Shown here: positions 1 through 7,803 of the stretch, in pieces | Numbering within the stretch: position 1 is the first letter of the stretch | Layout: every line of letters starts with the position of its first letter | Source: Flavobacteriales bacterium UBA3376 | GTDB taxonomy: Bacteria; Bacteroidota; Bacteroidia; Flavobacteriales; Weeksellaceae | Length of the DNA stretch: 64,000 nt | Direction of reading: 5' to 3' | Assembly: GCA_002359055.1 (NCBI GenBank) | Contig: DEQC01000030.1 | Coordinates: 919-64,918, forward strand | Made by a program: the position numbers and the translations under genes | Notes under the pieces: generated by a model | Told to the model about the DNA's origin: nothing | Databases searched by the model: none | Seen by the model: the letters and a program-made list of their open reading frames with translations, nothing else

Positions 1-1
1 T

Positions 2-646
2 CCTGTGTTTTTTATGCTTTTAGAAACCAGTGTTTCGAGAGGATGGAAAGCAGCTATAGCATTGGATCTTGGGGTTTTAACTTCGGATTTGATATGTATT
101 TTGATCGCTTATTATGGAAGTAAAGATTTAGCGATTATCATTCAAAATACACCTTCGGTTTATGTATTTGGTGGATTTTTTATATTCATTTATGGATTGG
201 TCATGTTTGTTTCCAAACCCAATCTGAAGATGCGGCATGTTTCAGTGGCAACTCGTTCGTATTTAAAAACTTTTCTGAATGGATTTTTGCTCAACATATT
301 GAACATAGGTGTCATCGTATTTTGGTTTTTTATCGTTGGAACAGTCGTGATTCAATATCCTGAACGTCAAGACGCTTTGTTGTATATGTTCATCGTATTG
401 GCAACTTTCTTCAGTATTGATTTATTGAAAATATTTTTGGCCAATAAAGTCAAAGAGAAATTTACTTTGAGAAGAATTTTTTACTTCAAAAAAATCGTTG
501 GTTTTATATTAGTAATTTTAGGATTAGTAGTAATTCTCAAAGGATTTGGAGTGTTTTCGAGCATAGATGATATGATAGAAGAAGAAATCAAAAAGGGAAT
601 GAATACGACGAATCAGGCCAAATTATTCTTTTCGAATGAAGATTAA
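2..646 (+). CDS. LysE/RhtB family translocator, 5' end probably outside the window
   Basis: Frame is open from the window edge (P-V-F-F-M-L-L-E-T-S, resembling the LysE 'GPVFF' N-terminal motif); about 6 hydrophobic helices; 'GFLLNILN' motif. Confidence 0.8.
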   Translation, partial: PVFFMLLETSVSRGWKAAIALDLGVLTSDLICILIAYYGSKDLAIIIQNTPSVYVFGGFFIFIYGLVMFVSKPNLKMRHVSVATRSYLKTFLNGFLLNILNIGVIVFWFFIVGTVVIQYPERQDALLYMFIVLATFFSIDLLKIFLANKVKEKFTLRRIFYFKKIVGFILVILGLVVILKGFGVFSSIDDMIEEEIKKGMNTTNQAKLFFSNED

Positions 647-1632
647 TTCATTTCTTCTAAAGCCATAACTATTTTATCGACCACTGAATCTGAACTTATG
701 TTTTGAAAGTAATCGATTTTCTCAGCATTTTTAGGTTCTTTCCCAAAGACAGAAGTCGGTCTAAATTCCATACTTTCATCTTGTATCACATCGTCCCAAC
801 TTTGTCCATAACCCAAAAATCCCATGAAAGGATGTGTATTTCCCCAAATCGAAATCACTCTTGTTCCGACTAAAGAAGCCAAGTGCATATTGGCAGAATC
901 CATGGAAACCATTAATTTAATTTTTCTGATAATTTCCAATTCGGTTTTCAAATCAAATTTTCCTGCAATGGATTCAATGTTTGGATTTAATTTTTCCCAA
1001 CTTTCCAAAATTTCACTTTCGTTTTTACCACCGAATAAGTAAACTTTCACTCCCTTTTCAGCGATATTTAGAGCGACTGTAAGCATTTTATCCAATGCAT
1101 ACATTTTCCCTTCATACATCGCAAAAGGAGCAATTCCTATGGCGTTTTCTTTGACTATTGATGATTCAGGCAATTGATGTTTCAATTCAAATTCAAATCC
1201 CAATTCTCTGAACACATCTGCGTATCGCTCAACCATAGGTTTGAGTTGTTTTCTGACTTTATTTTCTTTTCTCACCAAAGCTTTTCTTTCATTGCGTGCT
1301 TTGTCGAGCATAGCTGTTTTTGGATGCGATAAAAACTTACGTATAATTTTGGTTCTCAATACATTGTGTAAATCGGCTACTTCTGTAATTCCTAAGGATT
1401 TTAATTCTTTGGACAATCGATACAATCCCAAAATACCTTTGTGTTTTCCATCCAAATCAGCTGGATAGAAAGTAAAGTTTGGAATATCATCAAATAAATC
1501 TTTGAATTTTTCTCTTGAAACATAGATGATTTCAACCTTTGGGTTTTGTTGAACGAACTCACGAATCACAGGAATAGTCATGGCAACATCGCCAAAAGCT
1601 GAAAATCGTAAGACTAAAATCCTATGTTTCAT
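643..1632 (-). CDS. Glycosyltransferase family 9 (heptosyltransferase-like)
   Basis: ILVLRFSAFGDV N-terminus; DSANMHLA motif; WGNT. Confidence 0.9.
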   Translation of the reverse strand: MKHRILVLRFSAFGDVAMTIPVIREFVQQNPKVEIIYVSREKFKDLFDDIPNFTFYPADLDGKHKGILGLYRLSKELKSLGITEVADLHNVLRTKIIRKFLSHPKTAMLDKARNERKALVRKENKVRKQLKPMVERYADVFRELGFEFELKHQLPESSIVKENAIGIAPFAMYEGKMYALDKMLTVALNIAEKGVKVYLFGGKNESEILESWEKLNPNIESIAGKFDLKTELEIIRKIKLMVSMDSANMHLASLVGTRVISIWGNTHPFMGFLGYGQSWDDVIQDESMEFRPTSVFGKEPKNAEKIDYFQNISSDSVVDKIVMALEEMN

Positions 1633-2058
1633 TTAAGATTTCATTTTGGATTGAAGAGCGATGGCATAGAATTTAAATTGCTTGATCATTGCAAGTAATC
1701 CATTGGCTCTGGTAGGCGAAAGAAATTCTTGCAAACCAATTTCTTGTATAAAATCCGTATTGGAAGCCAAAATATCTTCGGGTTTTTGATGGTTGTAAAT
1801 TCTCACCAAAAGAGCTGCTAAACCTTTCGGTAAAATCGCATCGCTATCAGCTTGGAAAACGATTTTATCATCTTCAATTTTGGCATCTAACCAAACAGTG
1901 GATTGACAACCTTTGATGATTTTATCATCGGTTTTCACTTCGTCTGGCAAAGGATTTAGATCTTTTCCTAATTCTATTAAATATTCGTATCTCTGTTCCC
2001 AATTATCGAAAAATGAAAATTCGTCGATAATTTCGTTTTGAATTTCTTGAATTGTCAT
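1633..2058 (-). CDS. sufE: SufE family Fe-S assembly sulfur acceptor
   Basis: WEQRYEYLIELG, IKGCQSTVW with the acceptor Cys, LSPTRANG. Confidence 0.95.
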   Translation of the reverse strand: MTIQEIQNEIIDEFSFFDNWEQRYEYLIELGKDLNPLPDEVKTDDKIIKGCQSTVWLDAKIEDDKIVFQADSDAILPKGLAALLVRIYNHQKPEDILASNTDFIQEIGLQEFLSPTRANGLLAMIKQFKFYAIALQSKMKS

Positions 2059-2062
2059 ACTG

Positions 2063-2070
2063 CAAAGATA
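2063..2070 (-). promoter_or_regulatory. Bacteroidota -7 promoter box TATCTTTG, 4 nt before the sufE ATG
   Basis: Matches TAnnTTTG on the minus strand. Confidence 0.7.
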
Positions 2071-2104
2071 GATAATTTCGACTTTATATGAATTGTAGAT
2101 TGCT

Positions 2105-2112
2105 TAAATTTG
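2105..2112 (+). promoter_or_regulatory. -7 promoter box TAAATTTG for the dehydrogenase gene
   Basis: TAnnTTTG match 35 nt upstream of ATG 2148. Confidence 0.65.
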
Positions 2113-2147
2113 CAGCAATAGAATCTTTGGATTCCAAAAATAATTGA

Positions 2148-3101
2148 ATGAAAGTAATAGTGTTGGATGAGAATCATGATTTGTTGAACAAAGGTTTGAT
2201 GAATTTAGGTTTTCAAATCGATGAAGCATATACGGATAGTTATGAACAAGTTTTAGGGAAGATTGAAAATTACGATGGAATGATCATTCGCAGTCGAATT
2301 CCAATTGACCAAAGAATGTTAGCAACAGCCAAAAATTTGAAGTTCATCGGACGTGTAGGAGCGGGTTTAGAAAATATAGATGAAGAATTTGCTGTATCGA
2401 AAGGCATTGAATTATTCAATGCGCCTGAAGGCAATCGTGATTCTGTTGCAGAACATGCAATTGGGATGTTGTTGATGTTGATGAATCGTTTGAGAATTGC
2501 TGATGCTGAGGTGAGAAATGGCATTTGGTTAAGAGAAGAAAATCGAGGCGATGAACTCATGGGAAAAACGGTGGGTATCATCGGTTATGGAAACATGGGA
2601 AAAGCTTTTGCGAAGCGTTTACAAGGTTTTGGTGTACATGTAATTTGCTATGATATCAAAGAAAATGTAGGCGATGAGTTCGCTGTGCAAGTTGATTTGG
2701 AAGAACTTTTCAGCAAAGCTGAAGTTGTGAGTTTACATACGCCACAAACCGATGAAACTGTTGGTATGATCAATAGGGATTTTATAGATTCTTTTAGAAA
2801 TCCATTTTATTTTATCAATACAGCACGAGGAAAAGCAGTTGTAACCGAAGATTTGGTGGAAGCAATTGAATCGGGAAAAATCAAAGGAGCCTGTTTGGAT
2901 GTGCATGAATATGAAAAAAGTTCTTTTGAGAATTTAAAATTCGATGAATTACCTGATGCATTTCAATATTTGGTGAATTCCGATCGAGTGATTTTGGCGC
3001 CACATATTGCCGGATGGACACATCAAAGCAAAAGGAAGTTGGCAGAAGTAATTTTGAATAAAATCTCTAATTGGAAAAAAATGACTAATATTGTAAAATA
3101 A
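2148..3101 (+). CDS. D-isomer-specific 2-hydroxyacid dehydrogenase (SerA-like, no ACT domain)
   Basis: GRVGAG, N-R-D-S-V-A-E, GIIGYGNMG Rossmann motif, INTARG, LDVHEYE, PHIAG. Confidence 0.9.
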   Translation: MKVIVLDENHDLLNKGLMNLGFQIDEAYTDSYEQVLGKIENYDGMIIRSRIPIDQRMLATAKNLKFIGRVGAGLENIDEEFAVSKGIELFNAPEGNRDSVAEHAIGMLLMLMNRLRIADAEVRNGIWLREENRGDELMGKTVGIIGYGNMGKAFAKRLQGFGVHVICYDIKENVGDEFAVQVDLEELFSKAEVVSLHTPQTDETVGMINRDFIDSFRNPFYFINTARGKAVVTEDLVEAIESGKIKGACLDVHEYEKSSFENLKFDELPDAFQYLVNSDRVILAPHIAGWTHQSKRKLAEVILNKISNWKKMTNIVK

Positions 3102-3106
3102 TTTTC

Positions 3107-3180
<74 letters not shown>

Positions 3181-3200
3181 CAGAACAATATTAATTATCA

Positions 3201-3235
3201 AAAACCCCGTTACAATTTCATTGCAACGGGGTTTT
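3201..3235. terminator. Bidirectional intrinsic terminator
   Basis: AAAACCCCGTTACAAT...ATTGCAACGGGGTTTT hairpin between the convergent tRNA and OmpA-family gene. Confidence 0.85.
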
Positions 3236-3258
3236 AATTTTATAGAAGAAATAGTTAT

Positions 3259-3960
3259 TTATCTTCCTCCTGCTTCATTTTGAGCTTCTTGAATCATTTG
3301 CTCATTAGCTGTAATTGCAAATTCCACACGTCTATTTTGTGCTCTACCTGCTTCTGTATCGTTACTGGCTCTTGGTTGTTCTTTACCCATACCAATTGAA
3401 CTCAAGCGATGTGCTGCAATTCCTTTGGATTTTAGATAATCGACTACCGAAGCTGCTCTTCTTTCAGACAACGGAAGGTTGTATTCTTGAGATCCAACGC
3501 CATCGGTATATCCAACGATAAGAATGTTGGTATTTGAATATTCATTAAAAATTGGAATTAATTTATCCAAATTTGTTTTTGCAGCTGCAGTTAAACTCGA
3601 CTTATTGTATTCGAAACGAATGTCAGATTCTTCGTCTAAAATCACTTGAATCCCTTCGGCTGATCTTACAACTTCAGCTCCAGGTAAAGTGTTTTCAATT
3701 TTTTCTGCTTGTTTGTCCATTTTATTACCGATCACTCCACCGGCAACTCCACCCACTACTGCACCTAATATAGCTCCTAAGGCAGCATTGTCACCACTAC
3801 CGACATTGTTTCCGATGACACCACCGATGATTGCACCTGAACCTGCACCAATCGCTGCTCCTCTTTGAGTTTTATTGGTGTTTTGAATGGCTTCACATCC
3901 AGTAAATATCATACCGAATGACAGTATTATAGCAAAAAATTTTAAATTTAAACTTTTCAT
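3259..3960 (-). CDS. OmpA-family lipoprotein with glycine zipper (YiaD-like); start re-called to ATG 3960
   Basis: Lipobox IFTGC, GAAIGAGSGAIIGG zipper, GYTD..G...YN..LSERRA and NRRVE motifs. Confidence 0.92.
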   Translation of the reverse strand: MKSLNLKFFAIILSFGMIFTGCEAIQNTNKTQRGAAIGAGSGAIIGGVIGNNVGSGDNAALGAILGAVVGGVAGGVIGNKMDKQAEKIENTLPGAEVVRSAEGIQVILDEESDIRFEYNKSSLTAAAKTNLDKLIPIFNEYSNTNILIVGYTDGVGSQEYNLPLSERRAASVVDYLKSKGIAAHRLSSIGMGKEQPRASNDTEAGRAQNRRVEFAITANEQMIQEAQNEAGGR

Positions 3961-3976
3961 AATATTAGTTATTTGA

Positions 3977-4456
3977 TTAATTTCTTGAGAATGAATAATT
4001 GATTCCGATGGCTTTACCTTCAAACATCATATCTTGTCTAAGCACAAGATAATTTCCGTCGTTGTTTACCACTCTTAAATTGTATCCATCGACCACATTT
4101 TTAGGTTTTTCACCTTCGTATATCTTTTTGAATTTGAACATCATAGCTCCATTTTCTTCGGTCAAAAACCATTTGATTTGAGTGGTTTCTGATGGACAAG
4201 AAGGACCACCATTTAAGGTATAATATCCACTTGAATTGTTTTGAATCAATCGCCAAGTACTTCCGATGAAGCATTTATAATCCGCTTGATGAAATGCCAT
4301 CACATTTACATGGTCAGGATTGATACCATCGACCGTCACATTGGTAATCGTCCAATCGCCGCGTACATTTTTACCGGCATCTACGACTGCTTTAGATTCG
4401 GCACAGGATACTAAAAATAGTACCGAAATGAAACTTAGAATAATTAATTTTTTCAT
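3977..4456 (-). CDS. Lipocalin-like lipoprotein
   Basis: Lipobox LVSC; G-D-W start of a beta barrel; upstream of the OmpA-family gene. Confidence 0.7.
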   Translation of the reverse strand: MKKLIILSFISVLFLVSCAESKAVVDAGKNVRGDWTITNVTVDGINPDHVNVMAFHQADYKCFIGSTWRLIQNNSSGYYTLNGGPSCPSETTQIKWFLTEENGAMMFKFKKIYEGEKPKNVVDGYNLRVVNNDGNYLVLRQDMMFEGKAIGINYSFSRN

Positions 4457-4582
4457 ATTTCGAATTTAAGGGTTAATCATTGAATAAAACGACCTCTTTA
4501 AATTGCTTTTACGGCTATATCTCAATTGAGGCAAGGGTTTTATATCTTTAAAACAAAGATAATCTAATATAAGCTTTTATTT

Positions 4583-5437
4583 TCAATATTTTTTTATTTT
4601 GTAGATAATCGACGAATAATTTCCGTTCCAAAATCCGAGGAAATTCGAAATTGTTCCAATGAGCATCGCTCTGAAAATTCCCAATCGATTGCCTTTGTAT
4701 TTTTCGGACAACAAGCTTACATAAAAACTATCCAAAAGCAACGGATATTTATTTACAATCTTCATACCATGATGATTCATCAATTGATCAAAATCCTCAG
4801 GAGAGAAATGCCATAAATGTCTTGGAACATCATAAGCTGCCCAAAATGATTGGTAGAATTTCGCATCGAAAGATTTATAATTTGGAACGGCAATGATGAG
4901 TTCGCCTTCCGATTTCAATTTTGATTTTATTTCAATTAAAGTTTGATTGAGATCGGGTATGTGTTCCAAAACATGCCATAAAGTGATGCTGTCAAAAGTT
5001 TCATCGGTATCGGATAATTCATCGAAGAACTCTCCTTCTCTGCCGATTTTATTTTTAGCAATTTCAATTGCTTTTTGATTCGGTTCAATTCCGAAAACCT
5101 TCAAACCTTTTTTTTGAGCAAATTGTAAAAAGTCGCCAGTTCCACATCCGATGTCCAATAGTTTTTTTCCGTTTTCTTTATGATCCAATTTCGAAAACTT
5201 GTATCGAATGTTGTAGAGTTTTAATTTTTGATAAACTTTTTCAAACAGACTTTTTCTACTATCGGTATGCGAAATATAATTTTCACTTTTATAGAATTCA
5301 CTTAAATTTTCAGGAATTGGATGAGTTTCTAAATATCCAAATTCAGAGTTTTTATTCAAATAAAATTCTTTTTGCGTAAGAAAATGATCTTTCACTTTGA
5401 AAGTATTCTCTGAATTTGTCGGTTGAATTTGCTGCAT
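4583..5437 (-). CDS. Class I SAM-dependent methyltransferase; start re-called to ATG 5437
   Basis: LLDIGCGTG, ITLWHVLEH, IIAVPN, YDVPRHLWHF; the upstream MFHVKH extension is the translation of parS. Confidence 0.88.
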   Translation of the reverse strand: MQQIQPTNSENTFKVKDHFLTQKEFYLNKNSEFGYLETHPIPENLSEFYKSENYISHTDSRKSLFEKVYQKLKLYNIRYKFSKLDHKENGKKLLDIGCGTGDFLQFAQKKGLKVFGIEPNQKAIEIAKNKIGREGEFFDELSDTDETFDSITLWHVLEHIPDLNQTLIEIKSKLKSEGELIIAVPNYKSFDAKFYQSFWAAYDVPRHLWHFSPEDFDQLMNHHGMKIVNKYPLLLDSFYVSLLSEKYKGNRLGIFRAMLIGTISNFLGFWNGNYSSIIYKIKKY

Positions 5438-5447
5438 TAATTCTTTA

Positions 5448-5463
5448 TGTTTCACGTGGAACA
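5448..5463. promoter_or_regulatory. parS: parS centromere-like site TGTTTCACGTGGAACA
   Basis: 15/16 match to the universal parS palindrome TGTTTCACGTGAAACA; just downstream of mnmG. Confidence 0.92.
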
Positions 5464-5470
5464 TTTGGCA

Positions 5471-7339
5471 TTATCTACCCAAGAAAATCAACAAAACACT
5501 GATGTCCGATGGAGTGACTCCACTGATGCGCGAGGCTTGAGAAATGGTTTCTGGCATGGCTTGCATCAGTTTTTGTCTGGATTCGGTCGATAGTGATTTG
5601 ATCTTGTTATAATCAAAATTCTTAGGAATTTTAACATCTTCCAATCGCTTGAGTTTATCGGCATTTTGTTTTTCTCTTTCGATATAACCTTTGTATTTCA
5701 ATTGAATTTCTGCTTGCTCGAGTACTTCTCTATCCAAGTTCTTTTCGTCTATAAAAGATTTAACTCTTTCAATCGTTAAGAAATCATTCAATTTGATTTC
5801 AGGTCTTGTGATGACTGAAACCATTTTCACACTTTGACTCAAAGGTTTTCCACCATTGTTTTCTATCGCTGAATTGATTTCTTTTGGCAGTATAGATTCC
5901 TTTTCGAAGTAATCCATGAGTTGATGAGCTTTGGCGTATTTCTCTTCCATCTTTCTCATTCTTTCATCATCTGCCAATCCCAACTGATGCGACAAAGGCG
6001 TTAGTCTCTCATCGGCATTGTCCTGTCTAAGCAGTATTCTGTACTCTGCTCTCGACGTAAACATTCTGTAAGGTTCTTCCGTACCTTTGGTAATGAGATC
6101 GTCGATCAGAACGCCTATATAAGCTTCGTTTCTCTTTAGAACGAATTTTGGTTGATCATTGAGTTTTAAATGAGCGTTCATTCCCGCCATCAAACCTTGA
6201 CTCGCTGCTTCTTCGTATCCGGTTGTTCCGTTGATTTGACCAGCGAAATATAAGTTTTCAATGATTTTAGTTTCTAAGGTTCGATACAATTGAGTCGGTG
6301 GGAAATAATCATATTCAATGGCATAACCTGGTCTAAATATCTTTGCATTTTCGAATCCAGGAATTGCTCTCATTGCTCGAACTTGAATTTCGTCGGGCAA
6401 TGAAGTTGAGAAACCATTGATATAATATTCGATGGTTTTCCAACCTTCGGGTTCAGCGAATATTTGATGTCTTTCTCTTTCTGCAAATCGATTGATTTTA
6501 TCTTCAATCGATGGGCAATATCTCGGTCCTGTACTTTTAATTGCTCCGTTGAACATAGGAGAACGATCGAATCCTTCTCTCAATAAATCGTGAACTTTTG
6601 GATTGGTATAAGTGATCCAGCAGCTTCTCTGTTGTTTCAATGCAGGTGTATCTTTGAAAGAAAATCTTTGCGGATTCTCATCACCTGCTTGTTCTTCCAT
6701 TTTAGAGAAATCAATTGATCGGCCATCGACTCTTGGTGGTGTTCCTGTTTTCATTCTTCCGGCATCGAACCCTAAATCGATCAGTTGTTCAGTAATTCCC
6801 GTAGCTGCTTTCTCACCCATTCTACCACCACCAAATTGTTTTTCACCTATATGAATCAATCCATTCAAGAAAGTTCCATTGGTAAGAATCACAGCTCTTG
6901 ATCTAATTTCTGCGCCCATTGAAGTCTTTACTCCTACAACTTTTTCACCCTCGACTATGATGTTAGTGACCATGTCTTGAAAGAAATCTACGTTGGGATT
7001 TGCTTCAAGCGTCAATCGCCATTCTTCAGCGAATCTCATTCGATCCGATTGAGCCCTTGGGCTCCACATGGCAGGTCCTTTCGATAGGTTCAACATTTTG
7101 AATTGTATCATGGTTTTGTCGGTTATAATACCCGACATACCTCCCAAAGCGTCGATTTCTCTTATGATTTGTCCTTTACCAATTCCACCCATGGCCGGAT
7201 TACAAGACATCTGAGCGATGGCTTGAAGGCTCATGGTGACCAATAAAACTTTTGAGCCCATATTGGCTGCTGCGGACGCCGCTTCTGCTCCTGCATGTCC
7301 TCCTCCTACTACAATTACGTCGTATTGATTTGAAATCAT
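5471..7339 (-). CDS. mnmG: tRNA uridine-5-carboxymethylaminomethyl(34) synthesis enzyme MnmG (GidA)
   Basis: YDVIVVGGGHAG, MSCNPAMGG, GPRYCPSIEDK, AGQINGTTGYEEA, EPYRMFTSRAEYR. Confidence 0.99.
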   Translation of the reverse strand: MISNQYDVIVVGGGHAGAEAASAAANMGSKVLLVTMSLQAIAQMSCNPAMGGIGKGQIIREIDALGGMSGIITDKTMIQFKMLNLSKGPAMWSPRAQSDRMRFAEEWRLTLEANPNVDFFQDMVTNIIVEGEKVVGVKTSMGAEIRSRAVILTNGTFLNGLIHIGEKQFGGGRMGEKAATGITEQLIDLGFDAGRMKTGTPPRVDGRSIDFSKMEEQAGDENPQRFSFKDTPALKQQRSCWITYTNPKVHDLLREGFDRSPMFNGAIKSTGPRYCPSIEDKINRFAERERHQIFAEPEGWKTIEYYINGFSTSLPDEIQVRAMRAIPGFENAKIFRPGYAIEYDYFPPTQLYRTLETKIIENLYFAGQINGTTGYEEAASQGLMAGMNAHLKLNDQPKFVLKRNEAYIGVLIDDLITKGTEEPYRMFTSRAEYRILLRQDNADERLTPLSHQLGLADDERMRKMEEKYAKAHQLMDYFEKESILPKEINSAIENNGGKPLSQSVKMVSVITRPEIKLNDFLTIERVKSFIDEKNLDREVLEQAEIQLKYKGYIEREKQNADKLKRLEDVKIPKNFDYNKIKSLSTESRQKLMQAMPETISQASRISGVTPSDISVLLIFLGR

Positions 7340-7354
7340 TTGTTTAATTTTTAA

Positions 7355-7370
7355 TGTTCCACGTGAAACA
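7355..7370. promoter_or_regulatory. parS: parS site TGTTCCACGTGAAACA
   Basis: Exact reverse complement of the 5448 site; fills the ybeY-mnmG gap. Confidence 0.92.
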
Positions 7371-7371
7371 T

Positions 7372-7791
7372 TTAATTTAATTCATCGAAAAAAGCCAGAT
7401 ATTTATCTTCTGCTTTTCTCATTTTTTGTTCTTCTTCTTCGGTTGCATCGTCATATTTCATAAAGTGCAAAATGCCGTGTATCATGACTCTTGCCAGTTC
7501 ATTTTGAAAAGTGACTTTGTTGATTGCTGCATTTTCCTCGATTCTATCGATGCTAATAAAAATATCTCCAGCCAATGATTTTCCTTTGGAAGTTTGAAAT
7601 CCGATTACATCTGTATAATAATCGTGTTTCAAAAAATCTTTATTGATTTGAAGCAAATATTCATCATCGCAAAATATATAATTTACTTCTTGGATTTTGT
7701 ATCCTTCCATTTCAACTGATCGATGTATCCAATCTTTCCAAAGGGATTCATTATCAATTTTAAAGTCAGTTTCATAAAACAATGCAATCAT
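7372..7791 (-). CDS. ybeY: rRNA maturation RNase YbeY
   Basis: HDYYTDVI, GDIFIS, HGILHFMKYDD metal-binding motif. Confidence 0.95.
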   Translation of the reverse strand: MIALFYETDFKIDNESLWKDWIHRSVEMEGYKIQEVNYIFCDDEYLLQINKDFLKHDYYTDVIGFQTSKGKSLAGDIFISIDRIEENAAINKVTFQNELARVMIHGILHFMKYDDATEEEEQKMRKAEDKYLAFFDELN

Positions 7792-7795
7792 GCTG

Positions 7796-7803
7796 CAAAT
7801 TTA
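7796..7803 (-). promoter_or_regulatory. -7 box TAAATTTG, 4 nt before the ybeY ATG, overlapping the patatin stop codon
   Basis: TAnnTTTG match. Confidence 0.65.

Noticed and set aside
4457..4582. oriC in the gap downstream of the mnmG operon
   Set aside because: No convincing DnaA boxes (TTATCCACA-like) seen here or in the other gaps I read
5438..5464. N-terminal MFHVKHKEL extension of the methyltransferase
   Set aside because: It is the translation of the parS palindrome; ATG 5437 is the more plausible start
5447..7371. Inverted repeats flanking mnmG read as an invertible element or transposon ends
   Set aside because: They match the parS consensus; there is no recombinase or transposase and the enclosed gene is core housekeeping
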